NCBI GenBank assembly: GCA_965228895.1 | Contig: OZ245842.1 | Span: forward strand, 3,328,001-3,392,000 | Direction: 5' to 3' | Length of the DNA: 64,000 nucleotides | Origin: Alphaproteobacteria bacterium | Lineage (GTDB): Bacteria > Pseudomonadota > Alphaproteobacteria > SP197 | Part shown: positions 16,541-27,115 of the stretch, one piece after another | How the letters are laid out: every line of letters begins with the position of its first letter | How positions within the stretch are numbered: the stretch's first letter is position 1 | Position numbers and translations under genes: made by a program | Notes under the pieces: generated by a model | Database searches by the model: none | Seen by the model: only the letters and a program-made list of their open reading frames with translations | What the model was told of the DNA's origin: nothing

Positions 16541-17362
16541 CTACTGCAGCAAAACCATGGGACTGCCGACATCGACAACGCCGATACCGCGATGCGCCTT
16601 ATAGCCCAACAATTCCTGGACCCGCTCCGGCATCTCGCGCACTTTCTCGATCGGCACGGTCAGGAACGTGTTTTCTTCCGTGCGCAGCCAGCCGACGACG
16701 TAACCGAAAAACATGCCGCGCCGCCACTGGTCGGTCGTCGTGTTGGCGCCGCCGCCATGCACCGCGCAGCCCAGATAGAACAGCGCCGAGCCCGCATCCA
16801 TCTCGGCGCGCTGGATCTCGTGCGGCTCCGCCTCGCGCTCCGGCGGCCACAGGTGGCTGCCCGGCACGACCTGGGTCGCGCCGTTCTCGATCGTGAAGTC
16901 GGAAAGCGCGAACATCGCCTCGACCTGCAACAGCGGTTTCGGACCCTTCAACTCCTGCCAGGCGTCCTCATCGCGATGCAGCATCTGCGCGCTTTCGCCC
17001 GGCCCGATCTGGATCAACTGCGCGGTGTTCAGCAGATAATCCTCGCAGTTCGGCAGCAGAAGAATATCGGCGACTTCGGTCATCAACCGCGATTGCATCA
17101 TGTCGACAAAGGTCTTGGAGCGCGCCGGCAAGCCGTCCAGCCGGATCGTCTGGCTGCCGTAGAACTCGACGAAAAAATCCTCTGTGGGATTGCGCAGACC
17201 CGGCGCGGTCGCCGCGACCGCGTCGTCGAGGTCGCCGTTCAGGCTCGCCAGTTGCTCGGGCGTCAGCACGTCCTTCACGATGGCCGCGCCGTCACGCAGC
17301 AGAATCTCGGCAAGGTCAGCCGCCTCGATCGAACCGTCCACACGCTGCAGTTCTTGCGTCAT
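16541..17362 (-). CDS. Phytanoyl-CoA dioxygenase (PhyH) family Fe/2OG enzyme
   Basis: QMLHRD, FTIENGATQVVPGSH and HGGGAN..R motifs. Confidence 0.9.
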   Translation of the reverse strand: MTQELQRVDGSIEAADLAEILLRDGAAIVKDVLTPEQLASLNGDLDDAVAATAPGLRNPTEDFFVEFYGSQTIRLDGLPARSKTFVDMMQSRLMTEVADILLLPNCEDYLLNTAQLIQIGPGESAQMLHRDEDAWQELKGPKPLLQVEAMFALSDFTIENGATQVVPGSHLWPPEREAEPHEIQRAEMDAGSALFYLGCAVHGGGANTTTDQWRRGMFFGYVVGWLRTEENTFLTVPIEKVREMPERVQELLGYKAHRGIGVVDVGSPMVLLQ

Positions 17363-17467
17363 GGCGCTTTCCTCCCTCTGCCCTGTCGGGCTTTGAAGTA
17401 TGATGAAGGCCCGGGGATCGTGCAACCAAGGCCAACGACGACGGGCCGATGACCAGGAGGAAGAAGC

Positions 17468-18190
17468 GTGCGCCGCGCTGACCGGCTGTTCCAGCTGATC
17501 CAGATCCTGAGAAGCGCCAGCGGGCCGCTCACCGGGCGCCAGCTCGCCGAGGAGTTGGAGACATCCCTGCGCACGGTCTATCGCGATATCGCCGATCTTC
17601 TAGCCCAGCGCGTGCCGATCCGTGGCGAGGCCGGTGTCGGCTATGTCCTGGAACCCGGCTACGACATGCCGCCCTTGATGCTGACGCCCGACGAGATCGA
17701 AGCCGCCGTGCTGGGCGCCCAATGGGTCGAAGAGCACGGCGATCCCGCCCTGGTGCGCGGCGCGCGCGATTTGATCGCCAAGATCAGCGATGTCGTGCCC
17801 GATCACCTGCGCCCGATGCTGGTGGATACGATCGTGACCGCGCCGGCGGCCCGAACGCCCGAACCCGACGCCCTCGATATGGAGCGCCTGCGCACCTACA
17901 TGCGCACCAAGGGCAAGATCAGGATCCGTTATCGCAACGGCGACGGCCACGAGTCCGAACGGGTGATCTGGCCGGTCGGTCTGGTCTACTTCGAGACCGT
18001 GCGCTTGATCGCGTCCTGGTGCGAATTGCGCGAGGACTTCCGCAATTTCCGCACCGACCGCATCACCGCCGCCACGTTCCTGGACGAGACCTATCCCGGC
18101 CGCATCGAGGATCTGCGCGCCGCCTGCCTGAAACACGAACTCAAGCGCCAGGCGGAAAAAGCCGCGGCTGACGAAGCCGCGCCACCGTGA
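17468..18190 (+). CDS. YafY-family HTH-WYL transcriptional regulator
   Basis: MRRADRLFQLIQIL..SLRTVYRDI..GEAGVGY..LMLTPDE; WCELREDFRNFRTDRI. Confidence 0.92.
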   Translation: MRRADRLFQLIQILRSASGPLTGRQLAEELETSLRTVYRDIADLLAQRVPIRGEAGVGYVLEPGYDMPPLMLTPDEIEAAVLGAQWVEEHGDPALVRGARDLIAKISDVVPDHLRPMLVDTIVTAPAARTPEPDALDMERLRTYMRTKGKIRIRYRNGDGHESERVIWPVGLVYFETVRLIASWCELREDFRNFRTDRITAATFLDETYPGRIEDLRAACLKHELKRQAEKAAADEAAPP

Positions 18191-18231
18191 ACGCGTTGTC
18201 GTAGGCGGCCGCGTCGCGTACCCTCGCCACC

Positions 18232-20001
18232 ATGGATTCAAACGACAGAACCACCATCAGCGGTGTCGATCTCGCGCTGTTTCACCGGCGCATCGAGGGC
18301 ATCACCCGCAAGATGCAGAACACGCTGCTGCGCACCGCGCGCTCCGGCGTTATCAACACCGGCCGCGACTTCTCCTGCTGCATTCTGACCGCAGGATGCG
18401 AGCTTATGTCGGTCGCCGAGAGCCTGCCGATTCATGTCATGGCGGGACCGGACATGATGGCGCAATCCATGCTGGACCTGCATCCGGGCATCCGGCCAGG
18501 CGATGCTTTCCTGCATAATTCGCCTTATCACGGCTGTTCCCACGCGGCCGACCTGTCGGTGCTGGTGCCCGTGTTCGACCGCGACGGCGTCCATCGCTTC
18601 ACGGTGCTGGCCAAGGCGCACCAGGCCGATATCGGCAACGCGATCCCGACCACCTATCACGCCGCGGCCCGCGATGTTTATGAGGAAGGCGCGCTGATCT
18701 TTCCGGCGACCCAGGTGCAGTCGGACTATCGCGACATCGCCGACATCATCCGCCTGTGTGAAATGCGCATCCGTGTGCCCGAACAATGGCGCGGCGACTA
18801 TCTGGCCAGTCTCGGCGCGGCGCGGGCCGGCGAGCGTGAGCTCCAGGCGCTCACCGACGAGCTCGGCTGGGAGCGCTTTCAGGCGCTGATCACCGGCTGG
18901 TTCAACTACAGCGAACGGGTCATGGGCCAGGCGATCTCGCGGCTGCCCGCCGGCCGCGCCACCGGTTCGACCAGCCACGACGCTTTCCCCGGCACCGGCC
19001 CCAACGGCATCCCCATCAACGCCGAGATCGCCGTCGACCCGGCGAACGAGCTGATCGAGATCGACCTGACCGACAACATCGATTGCCTGCCCAACGGGCT
19101 TAACCTGAGCGAAGCCTGCGCGCGCACGGCCGCCATGGTCGGCACCTTCAACAGTCTCGGCCTCGATGTCCCGACCAACGCGGGCAGCTTCCGGCGCTTG
19201 CGCGTGCACCTGCGCGAAAACTGTGTCGTCGGCATCCCGCGCCACCCGACAAGCTGCTCGGTCGCGACCCAGAACGTCGCCGACCGGCTGACCAGCGCGG
19301 TGCAGCTCGCCTTCGCCAAACTGGGCGAAGGTTTCGGCCTGGCCGAGACCGGCGCGGTGCAGACGGCCGCCCAGGCGGTCGTCTCCGGCCGCGACCCCGC
19401 CCATGGCGACCGGCCCTATGTCGACCAGCTTATCCTGGGCGATACCCTGGGCGCCGCCGGTCCCGACGCCGACGGCTGGCTCGCCATGATCACCACCGGC
19501 ACCGCCGGCATGTCGTTTTACGACAGCGTCGAGGTCGACGAGCTACGCCACCCGATCCTGGTCCACCAGCGCCGCCTGATGCCCGACACCGAAGGCCCTG
19601 GCCGCCATCGCGGCGCACCCGCTTCATTGGTCGAGTTGGGCCCGCGCCTGGCGTCCATGGAGGTGCTCTACCAAAGCGACGGCACCCGCCATCCGCCCCA
19701 GGGCGCGCGCGGCGGCGGTCAGGGCGGCGCGGCGCAGAACTTCATCAAGCGCGCCGACGGCACCATCGAGGAAGCCGATGGGTGGGCCCGGGTCGTGTTG
19801 GAACCGGGCGACACGGTCACCGGCATTTCGTGCGGCGGCGGCGGTTACGGCCCACCCGAGAAACGCGATGCTGAGGCGGTCGCCGCCGACGTCATGGCCG
19901 GCCTCATCAGCAGGGAACGCGCTCAGGAAATCTACAAGGTCGCGACCGACGAAACCGGCCGGCTCTACGCCAAAGCGACCCAGAAGCTGCGCGAAAGCTA
20001 A
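18232..20001 (+). CDS. hyuB: Hydantoinase B/oxoprolinase family subunit
   Basis: RTARSGVI..DFSC, HNSPYHGCSHAAD, AHQADIG and GGGGYGPP motifs. Confidence 0.92.
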   Translation: MDSNDRTTISGVDLALFHRRIEGITRKMQNTLLRTARSGVINTGRDFSCCILTAGCELMSVAESLPIHVMAGPDMMAQSMLDLHPGIRPGDAFLHNSPYHGCSHAADLSVLVPVFDRDGVHRFTVLAKAHQADIGNAIPTTYHAAARDVYEEGALIFPATQVQSDYRDIADIIRLCEMRIRVPEQWRGDYLASLGAARAGERELQALTDELGWERFQALITGWFNYSERVMGQAISRLPAGRATGSTSHDAFPGTGPNGIPINAEIAVDPANELIEIDLTDNIDCLPNGLNLSEACARTAAMVGTFNSLGLDVPTNAGSFRRLRVHLRENCVVGIPRHPTSCSVATQNVADRLTSAVQLAFAKLGEGFGLAETGAVQTAAQAVVSGRDPAHGDRPYVDQLILGDTLGAAGPDADGWLAMITTGTAGMSFYDSVEVDELRHPILVHQRRLMPDTEGPGRHRGAPASLVELGPRLASMEVLYQSDGTRHPPQGARGGGQGGAAQNFIKRADGTIEEADGWARVVLEPGDTVTGISCGGGGYGPPEKRDAEAVAADVMAGLISRERAQEIYKVATDETGRLYAKATQKLRES

Positions 20002-20153
20002 CCGCGCCACGCTGTGCTCACGGCGTTGACACACGCGTGCCGTCGGGTGCACGGTTTTGACCCAAGCCAACTGGCACTTGGCAAACCGGACAGGGCCATC
20101 GTGCGCACGGCGTTTGTTGCGCCGCGTTCGTCAATGATGATCGGATAGGTGCC

Positions 20154-21161
20154 ATGGCTGAGCTTTCGCTTATCGATATCGAACCGCTGTTCGGCAACAG
20201 TGACACCAAGCGCCGGGAGACGGACCGGCGCATTCGCGACGCCGTCTTCGAGACGGGCGGCTTTGTCGTCGCCAACTATCCCGACGCCGACAAGGTCGAT
20301 GACCGCGCCCATACTATGCTGTCGTTCTTCGATTTGGCCGACGACCACAAGCGCTCGGTCGCCTCGCGCGTCATGGCGCCCGACAACGCGCGGATCTACC
20401 GCGGCTACATGGCGACGCTCGGCGCCATCAACGAGACCCAGCACGAGATCTACGATATCGGGCCGGACGATCCCGTCGGCGGGCCGCCGATTGCCGGCAT
20501 GCACATCCTGGCCGAAGAGAACATCTGGCCCGCCGTCGAGCCGACCGCCGGCTGGCAAGCGACCATGCGGGCCTACTACCGCCATATGGACGCAGTCGCC
20601 ATGGCGGTCATGCTCTCGGTCGGCCGGGCCGCCGGCTTCAGCGACGACGACCTCTTGGGTCGCTTTGACGGCGGCAACTCCACGCTGCGGCTTCTCAACT
20701 ATCCCGAACTGCCGTTGGACACCTTTGTCGCCGACGAAATGCCGGACGAACGCCACCCTGACGGCGAAGGCACGCCGCTGGCGTCGGGCCGCCATACGGA
20801 TGGCGCCGGCGTCTCGCTCCTGTGGCAGCGTCAGCCGGGCCTCCAGGCCCAGGCGCCGGACGGCACGTGGCGCGACGTGCCGCGCATCGAGAACTGCATC
20901 TCCGTTCATCTTGGCGACGTGTTGGAGACCATGACCGATGGCGAGGTTCCCGCCACGCCGCACCGGGTCGTCAACCTGGGGACTGCGCGCCAATCCGTAG
21001 GCTACTTTCTCGAGCCCGCGCTGTCGGCCCCGCTCTCACCGCTGGAGGCGGACGATGCCGCGGGCGACGCCCTGTCGGGGCGCGGCACCTATGGCTGGCA
21101 CCTCCTGCGGCGCCTGCACAACTACCCGCCTTACAAACATCTGGTACCCTGGCCGTCCTAG
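20154..21161 (+). CDS. Isopenicillin N synthase-like Fe(II)/2OG oxygenase
   Basis: LRLLNYP, HTD, ATPHRV and RQS motifs. Confidence 0.88.
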   Translation: MAELSLIDIEPLFGNSDTKRRETDRRIRDAVFETGGFVVANYPDADKVDDRAHTMLSFFDLADDHKRSVASRVMAPDNARIYRGYMATLGAINETQHEIYDIGPDDPVGGPPIAGMHILAEENIWPAVEPTAGWQATMRAYYRHMDAVAMAVMLSVGRAAGFSDDDLLGRFDGGNSTLRLLNYPELPLDTFVADEMPDERHPDGEGTPLASGRHTDGAGVSLLWQRQPGLQAQAPDGTWRDVPRIENCISVHLGDVLETMTDGEVPATPHRVVNLGTARQSVGYFLEPALSAPLSPLEADDAAGDALSGRGTYGWHLLRRLHNYPPYKHLVPWPS

Positions 21162-21194
21162 AGCAGATCCCGCAGACGACGGAGAGGACAACCC

Positions 21195-21578
21195 ATGTTT
21201 TTGCCCATTATCCCCGACGGCGCGTCCAAACCCATCGCGCCCTATGTGCATGGCGCGAAGACCGGCGACACCGTCTATGTCTCCGGCACGCTGGCCATCG
21301 ACGGCGAGGGCAACAGTCTCCATATCGGCGATATCGACGCACAGACCCGCTACGTGCTCGATCAGGTGATCGCGGTCGTCGAGGCTGCCGGCGGCACCCG
21401 CGCCGACATCGCCTACAACATGATCTTCCTGAAGAACAAAACCGACTACGCCGCGTTCAATGCGATCTATGCGGAGTACTTCGGCGACAACCCGCCAGCG
21501 CGCTACTGCATCGTCTCCGAACTCGTGCGCGACGAGTTCCTGGTCGAGGTCGCTTCCGTCGCCTATCTGGGACGTTGA
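21195..21578 (+). CDS. rutC: Rid family protein, RutC-like
   Basis: IIPDG..PIAPYV..VYVSGTLA..AQTR..PPARYCI..LVE, a RutC-like pattern. Confidence 0.75.
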   Translation: MFLPIIPDGASKPIAPYVHGAKTGDTVYVSGTLAIDGEGNSLHIGDIDAQTRYVLDQVIAVVEAAGGTRADIAYNMIFLKNKTDYAAFNAIYAEYFGDNPPARYCIVSELVRDEFLVEVASVAYLGR

Positions 21579-21709
21579 CGACACGAGGCGCTGGCAACCG
21601 GCTCTAATGACCATCAGCGCGCGTGAACCTGTCTGTCTGGATTACAACCGTCGCACGCATTAGGCTCTAACCGGACGAGGACGTTGTCTGCGACGGGGGG
21701 CGCCGTAGC

Positions 21710-23206
21710 GTGGATTACACGAACGTCAAGTCAGCCTGTATCATCGGCGCGGGCGTTGCGGGGCTGGCGGCCGCAAGCGCCCTTCGTCAGGTCGGTGTGA
21801 CATGCACGGTGATCGAACGCAACGACCGGTTGGGCGGCGTCTGGACCGACGGTTATCTCGACTACGGCCTGCAAGTACAGAAGGAACTCTATGAGTTCCC
21901 CGGCTTTGCCTTTCCCGCTGACGCCCCGCCGTTTCCACGTGGCGAAACCGTCCAACAATACCTGACGGATTTTGCGGAGTGCGCCTGTGTTCGTGACCTC
22001 ATCGCGTTCAACACGAGCGTCGAGGACATCAAGCCGCAAAGTGATAGTGCCGGTTGGCTGGTCACGATCGCCAGGGACGGCGAGGTGCGCCAAGAGCTCT
22101 TCGACCTCGTCGTCGTTTGCGTGGGCCTCTATTCAAACATACCCCATCAGCCGGACGTTCCCGGCAGCGACGATTTTAAGGGCGCGATCCATCACATTTC
22201 CGACCTCAAGAGCGCCGACCTGTTGGACGGAAAGCGTGTTGCCGTGGTGGGCTTCGGCAAGAGCGCGACCGACGCGGCACTCGCGGCAAGAAACCACGCC
22301 GACGAAGCCCATATTGTCGTGCGAAAGCTGCACTGGCCGGTGCCGCAGCGGCTTGCCGGGGTCCTGCCCTTCAAGTGGGGCCTCCTCAACCGTCTGACCG
22401 TGACCATGTCACCGCCTTACAAATCCCCGACACCGTTCCAGAAGGGCGTGCATTCCATCGGCAAACCGTCGGTCTGGCTTTACTGGCGCTCGGTCGAACT
22501 GCTCCTGTGTGTGCAGCTACAGCTGTGGTCGCGGTTCGGCACGCGCCAGAGCCTTGTGCCGGACGAACCCGCACATATCGGTGCGTTCAGTGAAGCGACC
22601 ATGGTTCCGCGTCCCGAGTTCTACCGGGCTGTGCGCCGCAACGAGATCCGCTTCCACAAAGGCACGATCGATCGGCTAAACCCGGACGGCGCCGTCCTGG
22701 ACGACGGATCCGTTCTTGACGTCGACACCATCATCTTCGGAACCGGGTGGCGCAGCGACTACCGCTTTCTGTCGCAGGATCTGCAGCGCACCATCGGTTT
22801 CGAAGACGACGGCATCTATCTCTACCGGCAGATGCTGCATCCCGACGTTCCCGGCTTGGCGTTCGTCGGCTATGCGTCGACGGTCTCGAACACGCTTGCT
22901 TATAGCGCCCAGGCCCACTGGCTCGCCGCCCTGATTGACGGGCGCCACAGTTTGCCGGATCGCGACAGCCAGCTTGACGAGATTGCGCTCATCAAGTCCT
23001 GGAAGCGCAGCTGGATGCCGTACAGTCACGCCCGCGCGGCGCGCTTGATCGTGCATCTGCAGCACTATCTCGATGAACTCATGACCGACCTCGGCCATGA
23101 TCCCCGGCGCAAGACCGGCATGTTCGCGCCACTTGCCGAGGTGTTCGCACCCTATCAGCCCAGCGACTACCGCGAGTTGGCAGTCGTTCAGCGCGACAAG
23201 ACCTAG
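21710..23206 (+). CDS. Flavin-containing monooxygenase (FMO-like)
   Basis: IIGAGVAG, LGGVW, FKGAIHH, VVGFGKSA and GTGW motifs. Confidence 0.88.
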   Translation: MDYTNVKSACIIGAGVAGLAAASALRQVGVTCTVIERNDRLGGVWTDGYLDYGLQVQKELYEFPGFAFPADAPPFPRGETVQQYLTDFAECACVRDLIAFNTSVEDIKPQSDSAGWLVTIARDGEVRQELFDLVVVCVGLYSNIPHQPDVPGSDDFKGAIHHISDLKSADLLDGKRVAVVGFGKSATDAALAARNHADEAHIVVRKLHWPVPQRLAGVLPFKWGLLNRLTVTMSPPYKSPTPFQKGVHSIGKPSVWLYWRSVELLLCVQLQLWSRFGTRQSLVPDEPAHIGAFSEATMVPRPEFYRAVRRNEIRFHKGTIDRLNPDGAVLDDGSVLDVDTIIFGTGWRSDYRFLSQDLQRTIGFEDDGIYLYRQMLHPDVPGLAFVGYASTVSNTLAYSAQAHWLAALIDGRHSLPDRDSQLDEIALIKSWKRSWMPYSHARAARLIVHLQHYLDELMTDLGHDPRRKTGMFAPLAEVFAPYQPSDYRELAVVQRDKT

Positions 23207-23227
23207 GACGTCGTCGCCAAAGCGGCC

Positions 23228-23569
23228 TTAAACCTCCGTCATGAACCGCGAGCTTGACTGCAGGTAGCCCCCGTGATCGGGGTGGCGCGACCAGACGTCC
23301 TGCCAGACGTCGCTGGCGAAGGCCTTTTCGATCTCCCTATCGCGCGTCGCCTTGTCGGGCCAGCGGATGATCCAGGTGACGTTGGCTTCGCCGATCGGTG
23401 CACCGATCGGGTCAGTGCCGTCGATTTCTGGCGCGGCCTCGCCCGCCTCGACCCAGAAGCCGACGACATCGAACAGCTGGCGCAGAACCGGCACCGCCTC
23501 CTCGCCCCATTTCTTGTAGGCCTCATAGATGTCCGGCCGGATGTGATAGTCGCGGACCTCGTAGATCAT
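23228..23569 (-). CDS. NIPSNAP family protein
   Basis: MIYEVRDYHI..VVGFW..WIIRW; GGAGGAG RBS. Confidence 0.8.
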   Translation of the reverse strand: MIYEVRDYHIRPDIYEAYKKWGEEAVPVLRQLFDVVGFWVEAGEAAPEIDGTDPIGAPIGEANVTWIIRWPDKATRDREIEKAFASDVWQDVWSRHPDHGGYLQSSSRFMTEV

Positions 23570-23591
23570 CGTCTCCTCCGGTACTTGATCG

Positions 23592-24374
23592 TCACGCCGG
23601 CTTGAACCCGCGCATATGGGCGGGACGCAGTTCGCCGCATTCGGCGGCGGCCTTCGCCGCGGCCCACATTTCGATGTAGTACTCACCATCGCCGGCGCCG
23701 CGCTTTTCCAGTTCGTCACGGCCCTTGCCGGTGAAGACGTCGTAGTCTTCGCTCAGAACATCGATCAGAAACGCGTTGCGGTCGCGCGTTGAGATGTCTT
23801 GGAAACCCGCCTTCTCCAAGGCGTCGACATAGAACGGCATCGAATGCATGCCGAACGTCAGGCCGACGGCGTTCAACCACCGTTGCATTTCCGGTCCCGG
23901 TGTTTTCTCGTCGCGCCGCGTCCAGTCGCTGGCGACAAACACACCGCCCGGCCGCAGCACGCGGTAGACGTCGGCAAACAGCGCATGTTTGTCCTCGATA
24001 TGGATCATCGCATCCTTGCTGAACACGACGTCGAAGCTTTCGTCGGCCAGCGGGAAGGGTCCGGGCTCGACAAGCTTGTAGCTGATCCGGTCCGCAAGGC
24101 CCTCGCGCTCGGCCCGCGCGATGCTGCGGTTCATCAGCGGCTGTTCGATATCGATCCCCAGCACACTGCCGGCGCCATAGTCCTTCACCAGAACGACATC
24201 GCACCCACCACAGCCCGAGCCGACATCCAGGACGTCCTTGCCGGTGATGTTGAGGCCATCGAGAAACAGCGCGATCTCTTCCTTGCCGCCCGGCGACAGA
24301 AATCCGTCGCCCCACACCATCTCCATCACATCCATAAAGCTTTCGGTGTATTCGACCTCGTGTTCGCTGCTCAT
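23592..24374 (-). CDS. SAM-dependent methyltransferase (phosphoethanolamine/sarcosine N-methyltransferase-like)
   Basis: WGDGFLSPGG, VLDVGSGCGG, FDVVFSKDAMIHI and VLRPGG motifs. Confidence 0.85.
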   Translation of the reverse strand: MSSEHEVEYTESFMDVMEMVWGDGFLSPGGKEEIALFLDGLNITGKDVLDVGSGCGGCDVVLVKDYGAGSVLGIDIEQPLMNRSIARAEREGLADRISYKLVEPGPFPLADESFDVVFSKDAMIHIEDKHALFADVYRVLRPGGVFVASDWTRRDEKTPGPEMQRWLNAVGLTFGMHSMPFYVDALEKAGFQDISTRDRNAFLIDVLSEDYDVFTGKGRDELEKRGAGDGEYYIEMWAAAKAAAECGELRPAHMRGFKPA

Positions 24375-24585
24375 GGTTGCCCCCTTGTTGTCCACGCGTC
24401 TCGGTAATGATGGCAAAGCGCTCGACTCGACCGCTCGTCGACTTGATCGCGCCCGTTTTGTTGACCAGTCATTCAACGCAACATTTCTCGTCGGCGCAAC
24501 GATCGTGTTGCCGCCAGTTTGCTCTTTAGCATCCATATCTACAGTGTAAGATTACAGGTCTGCGACCACAGGCCGAGGCAAGCGT

Positions 24586-25794
24586 ATGGGTTCGACCACG
24601 TCCGATGTCGTGATTACCGCTGATGCCCATGTCGGCGAGCCCGAGGCATTGCGCCGGCGCATGCCGAAATCCTATCGCGACCGGATGCCCAGGCTGGTCA
24701 GGCTCAAGGACGGCAATGTCACGTTCCCCGCCAACGGCGAGAAACCCAACAAACGCCGTAAGCGTCGCAAGCCGACACCCGAAGACATGATGCGCGAGTT
24801 TCGCGACGATCCCTCTGAAGGCACCGATCTCGACCGGCGCCTGCACGACATGGCGCTGGAAGGCGTCGACGGTCAGGTGATCTTTCCGAATGTCGGACTG
24901 GCGTGCTCTCTGGGCGACGAGCCCGCGGGCTATTATCACGCCTGGGCGCGCGCCTATAACGACTTCGTCTGGGACGTGTTCGGCACCGTCCATGACCGGT
25001 TCAAACCGGCCGCGATGCTGGCGGTCGACGATCCCAAGCGCATGATGGCCGAGGCCGAGCGTTGCCTGAAGCGGGGCTTCGCGTCGTTCTTCCTGCCGGC
25101 AACGGTGCCGTGGCAGCCCTATCGTATGCCGGTCTACGATCCCCTGTGGTCGCTTGCCGCCGAAGCTGATGTGCCCATCAACTTCCACATCTTTTCCGGC
25201 AACCTGGCGTTTCGCGGCGACTTCGCCAGCATCGCCGAGCTAAGCCCCGGCCGCTACCGCAAGGCGCGCGCGGTGAGCGCCGAGGAGGACAAAAACAACA
25301 TGCCGGAGATGGTCGGTATCTCCGTCGTCGGCATGGCCGCCGGCATGTCGCCGATCGTCGAACTGTGCGGTTCCGGCGTTCTTCAGCGTCACCCCGACCT
25401 CAAGTTCGTCATCACGGAGTCCGAATGCGGCTGGCTCGCCTGGGTTCTCCACGCCATGGATCAGATGCAGGAGCGTCGCTATCTCGGCATGTTGGAGCTT
25501 GACCTGAAACCCAGCGAGTACTTCCACCGCCAGGGCTTCGTTTCAATCAGCGACGATCCGATCGCGCTGCACAACGTTGCGTTCACCGGCACCGACTGCC
25601 TGCTCTGGGGCAACGATTATCCGCACGACGAGGGCATCTTTCCACACGGCAAAAGGCCGATCGCGGAAATCCGCGACAAGCTGACAAGAAAACAAGCTCA
25701 CGACATTTTGTGCGGCAATGCCGCGCGCCTTTACGGCTTCGACCTCAAGAAACTCGCCGCCACCCGTGACGAGGTTACCTGTCAACGCCACTAA
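24586..25794 (+). CDS. Amidohydrolase_2 family protein
   Basis: TADAHVGEP, PINFH and LWGNDYPHDEG motifs. Confidence 0.88.
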   Translation: MGSTTSDVVITADAHVGEPEALRRRMPKSYRDRMPRLVRLKDGNVTFPANGEKPNKRRKRRKPTPEDMMREFRDDPSEGTDLDRRLHDMALEGVDGQVIFPNVGLACSLGDEPAGYYHAWARAYNDFVWDVFGTVHDRFKPAAMLAVDDPKRMMAEAERCLKRGFASFFLPATVPWQPYRMPVYDPLWSLAAEADVPINFHIFSGNLAFRGDFASIAELSPGRYRKARAVSAEEDKNNMPEMVGISVVGMAAGMSPIVELCGSGVLQRHPDLKFVITESECGWLAWVLHAMDQMQERRYLGMLELDLKPSEYFHRQGFVSISDDPIALHNVAFTGTDCLLWGNDYPHDEGIFPHGKRPIAEIRDKLTRKQAHDILCGNAARLYGFDLKKLAATRDEVTCQRH

Positions 25795-25946
25795 ACGATC
25801 ACCCAAACGTTGACGGCCTTCGTTTGACCATACTTTTCCTAAAGGAGAACGCTACCGACCCCGAACACGCCACAAAGGCACCCTAATTCTGAGCCCTTGT
25901 GGCACATCAAAAAACAACCGGCAAAGTCCGGTTCAGGAGGTTTCGT

Positions 25947-27089
25947 ATGTACAGAAAGTCTAAAGCGACCCGTCTGGTCGATGATCTCATCAGCGGCGAC
26001 ATCTCGCGCCGCGATTTCCACAAGACCCTCGGCGCAGCGGGCCTGGGTCTCGCCGGCACCACGACCATGGCCGGTTCCGCCTTTGCGCAGAACACCAATC
26101 CCGCCGACCTCGTCGTCTTCGAGTGGGCCGGCTACGAACTGCCGGAGTTTTTCCCGGCCTATGTCGAGAAATTCGGCACCGAACCCACCTTCTCCTTGTT
26201 TGCCGAGGAAGAAGAAGCACTGCAGAAGCTGCGCTCCGGTTTTCCGACCGACATCTCGCATCCGTGCAGCGGCTCGGTCGCACGCTGGAACGATTCAGGC
26301 GCCCTTCGCCCGATCGATGTCTCCAAGATCGAAGCCTGGGACGATATCTTCCCGACGACCAAAGACATCCGCGGCGTTCAAATCAATGGCGAGTACTTCT
26401 TCATGCCGTGGGACTGGGGGAACAGCTCGATCCTCTATCGCCCCGACCTCCTGCCCCTGACGCCGGAAGAAGAGTCCTATGACGTTCTTCTGCGGCCCGA
26501 GCTGCAGGGCAAGATCGCCATGTTCGATTCGGTCGACTCCACGTTCGCCGTCGGCGGCCTGTTGTCCGGTGCCGAAGACATCTTCGCCATGACCGACGAG
26601 GAGATCGAGGCCGCGACCCAGATCGTGCGTCAGCTGCACGGCAACGTCCGCTACTACTGGGCCTCGCCGACCGAGTTCGAGCAATCCATGGCCGCTGGCG
26701 AAGTCGTCGCCGCGTGGTCGTGGAACAGCTCGATCATCGAACTCAAGAACCAGGGCATCGACGTCAAGTTCATGAACCCCAAGGAGGGCATCATGACCTG
26801 GATCTGCGGTTTCACCGTCATGACCTCGGGCGATTCCGCTGACGATCTGATCTACGACTACCTGAACGCGACCATGGACCCGCGCGCAGGCAAGTTTTTG
26901 ATCGAAGAGTACGGCTACGGTCATTCCAACGAGAAGACCTATGAGCTAATCGACGAAGAAGTCCTGGCTTCCCTCGGCATTCTCGATCCTGAGGCGCTGA
27001 TGGCTCAGGGCAATTTCTATGACGAGATCCCCGCCGACATCCGCGAGAAGATGATCAACAAGTTCGACGAAGTGAAGGCAGGCTTCTAG
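25947..27089 (+). CDS. PotD/PotF-like ABC substrate-binding protein with Tat signal
   Basis: ISRRDFHK twin-arginine signal; FEWAGY, MPWDWG and PKEG motifs. Confidence 0.85.
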   Translation: MYRKSKATRLVDDLISGDISRRDFHKTLGAAGLGLAGTTTMAGSAFAQNTNPADLVVFEWAGYELPEFFPAYVEKFGTEPTFSLFAEEEEALQKLRSGFPTDISHPCSGSVARWNDSGALRPIDVSKIEAWDDIFPTTKDIRGVQINGEYFFMPWDWGNSSILYRPDLLPLTPEEESYDVLLRPELQGKIAMFDSVDSTFAVGGLLSGAEDIFAMTDEEIEAATQIVRQLHGNVRYYWASPTEFEQSMAAGEVVAAWSWNSSIIELKNQGIDVKFMNPKEGIMTWICGFTVMTSGDSADDLIYDYLNATMDPRAGKFLIEEYGYGHSNEKTYELIDEEVLASLGILDPEALMAQGNFYDEIPADIREKMINKFDEVKAGF

Positions 27090-27115
27090 GCCAGCTCAAT
27101 CTCAAGACAAGACAT

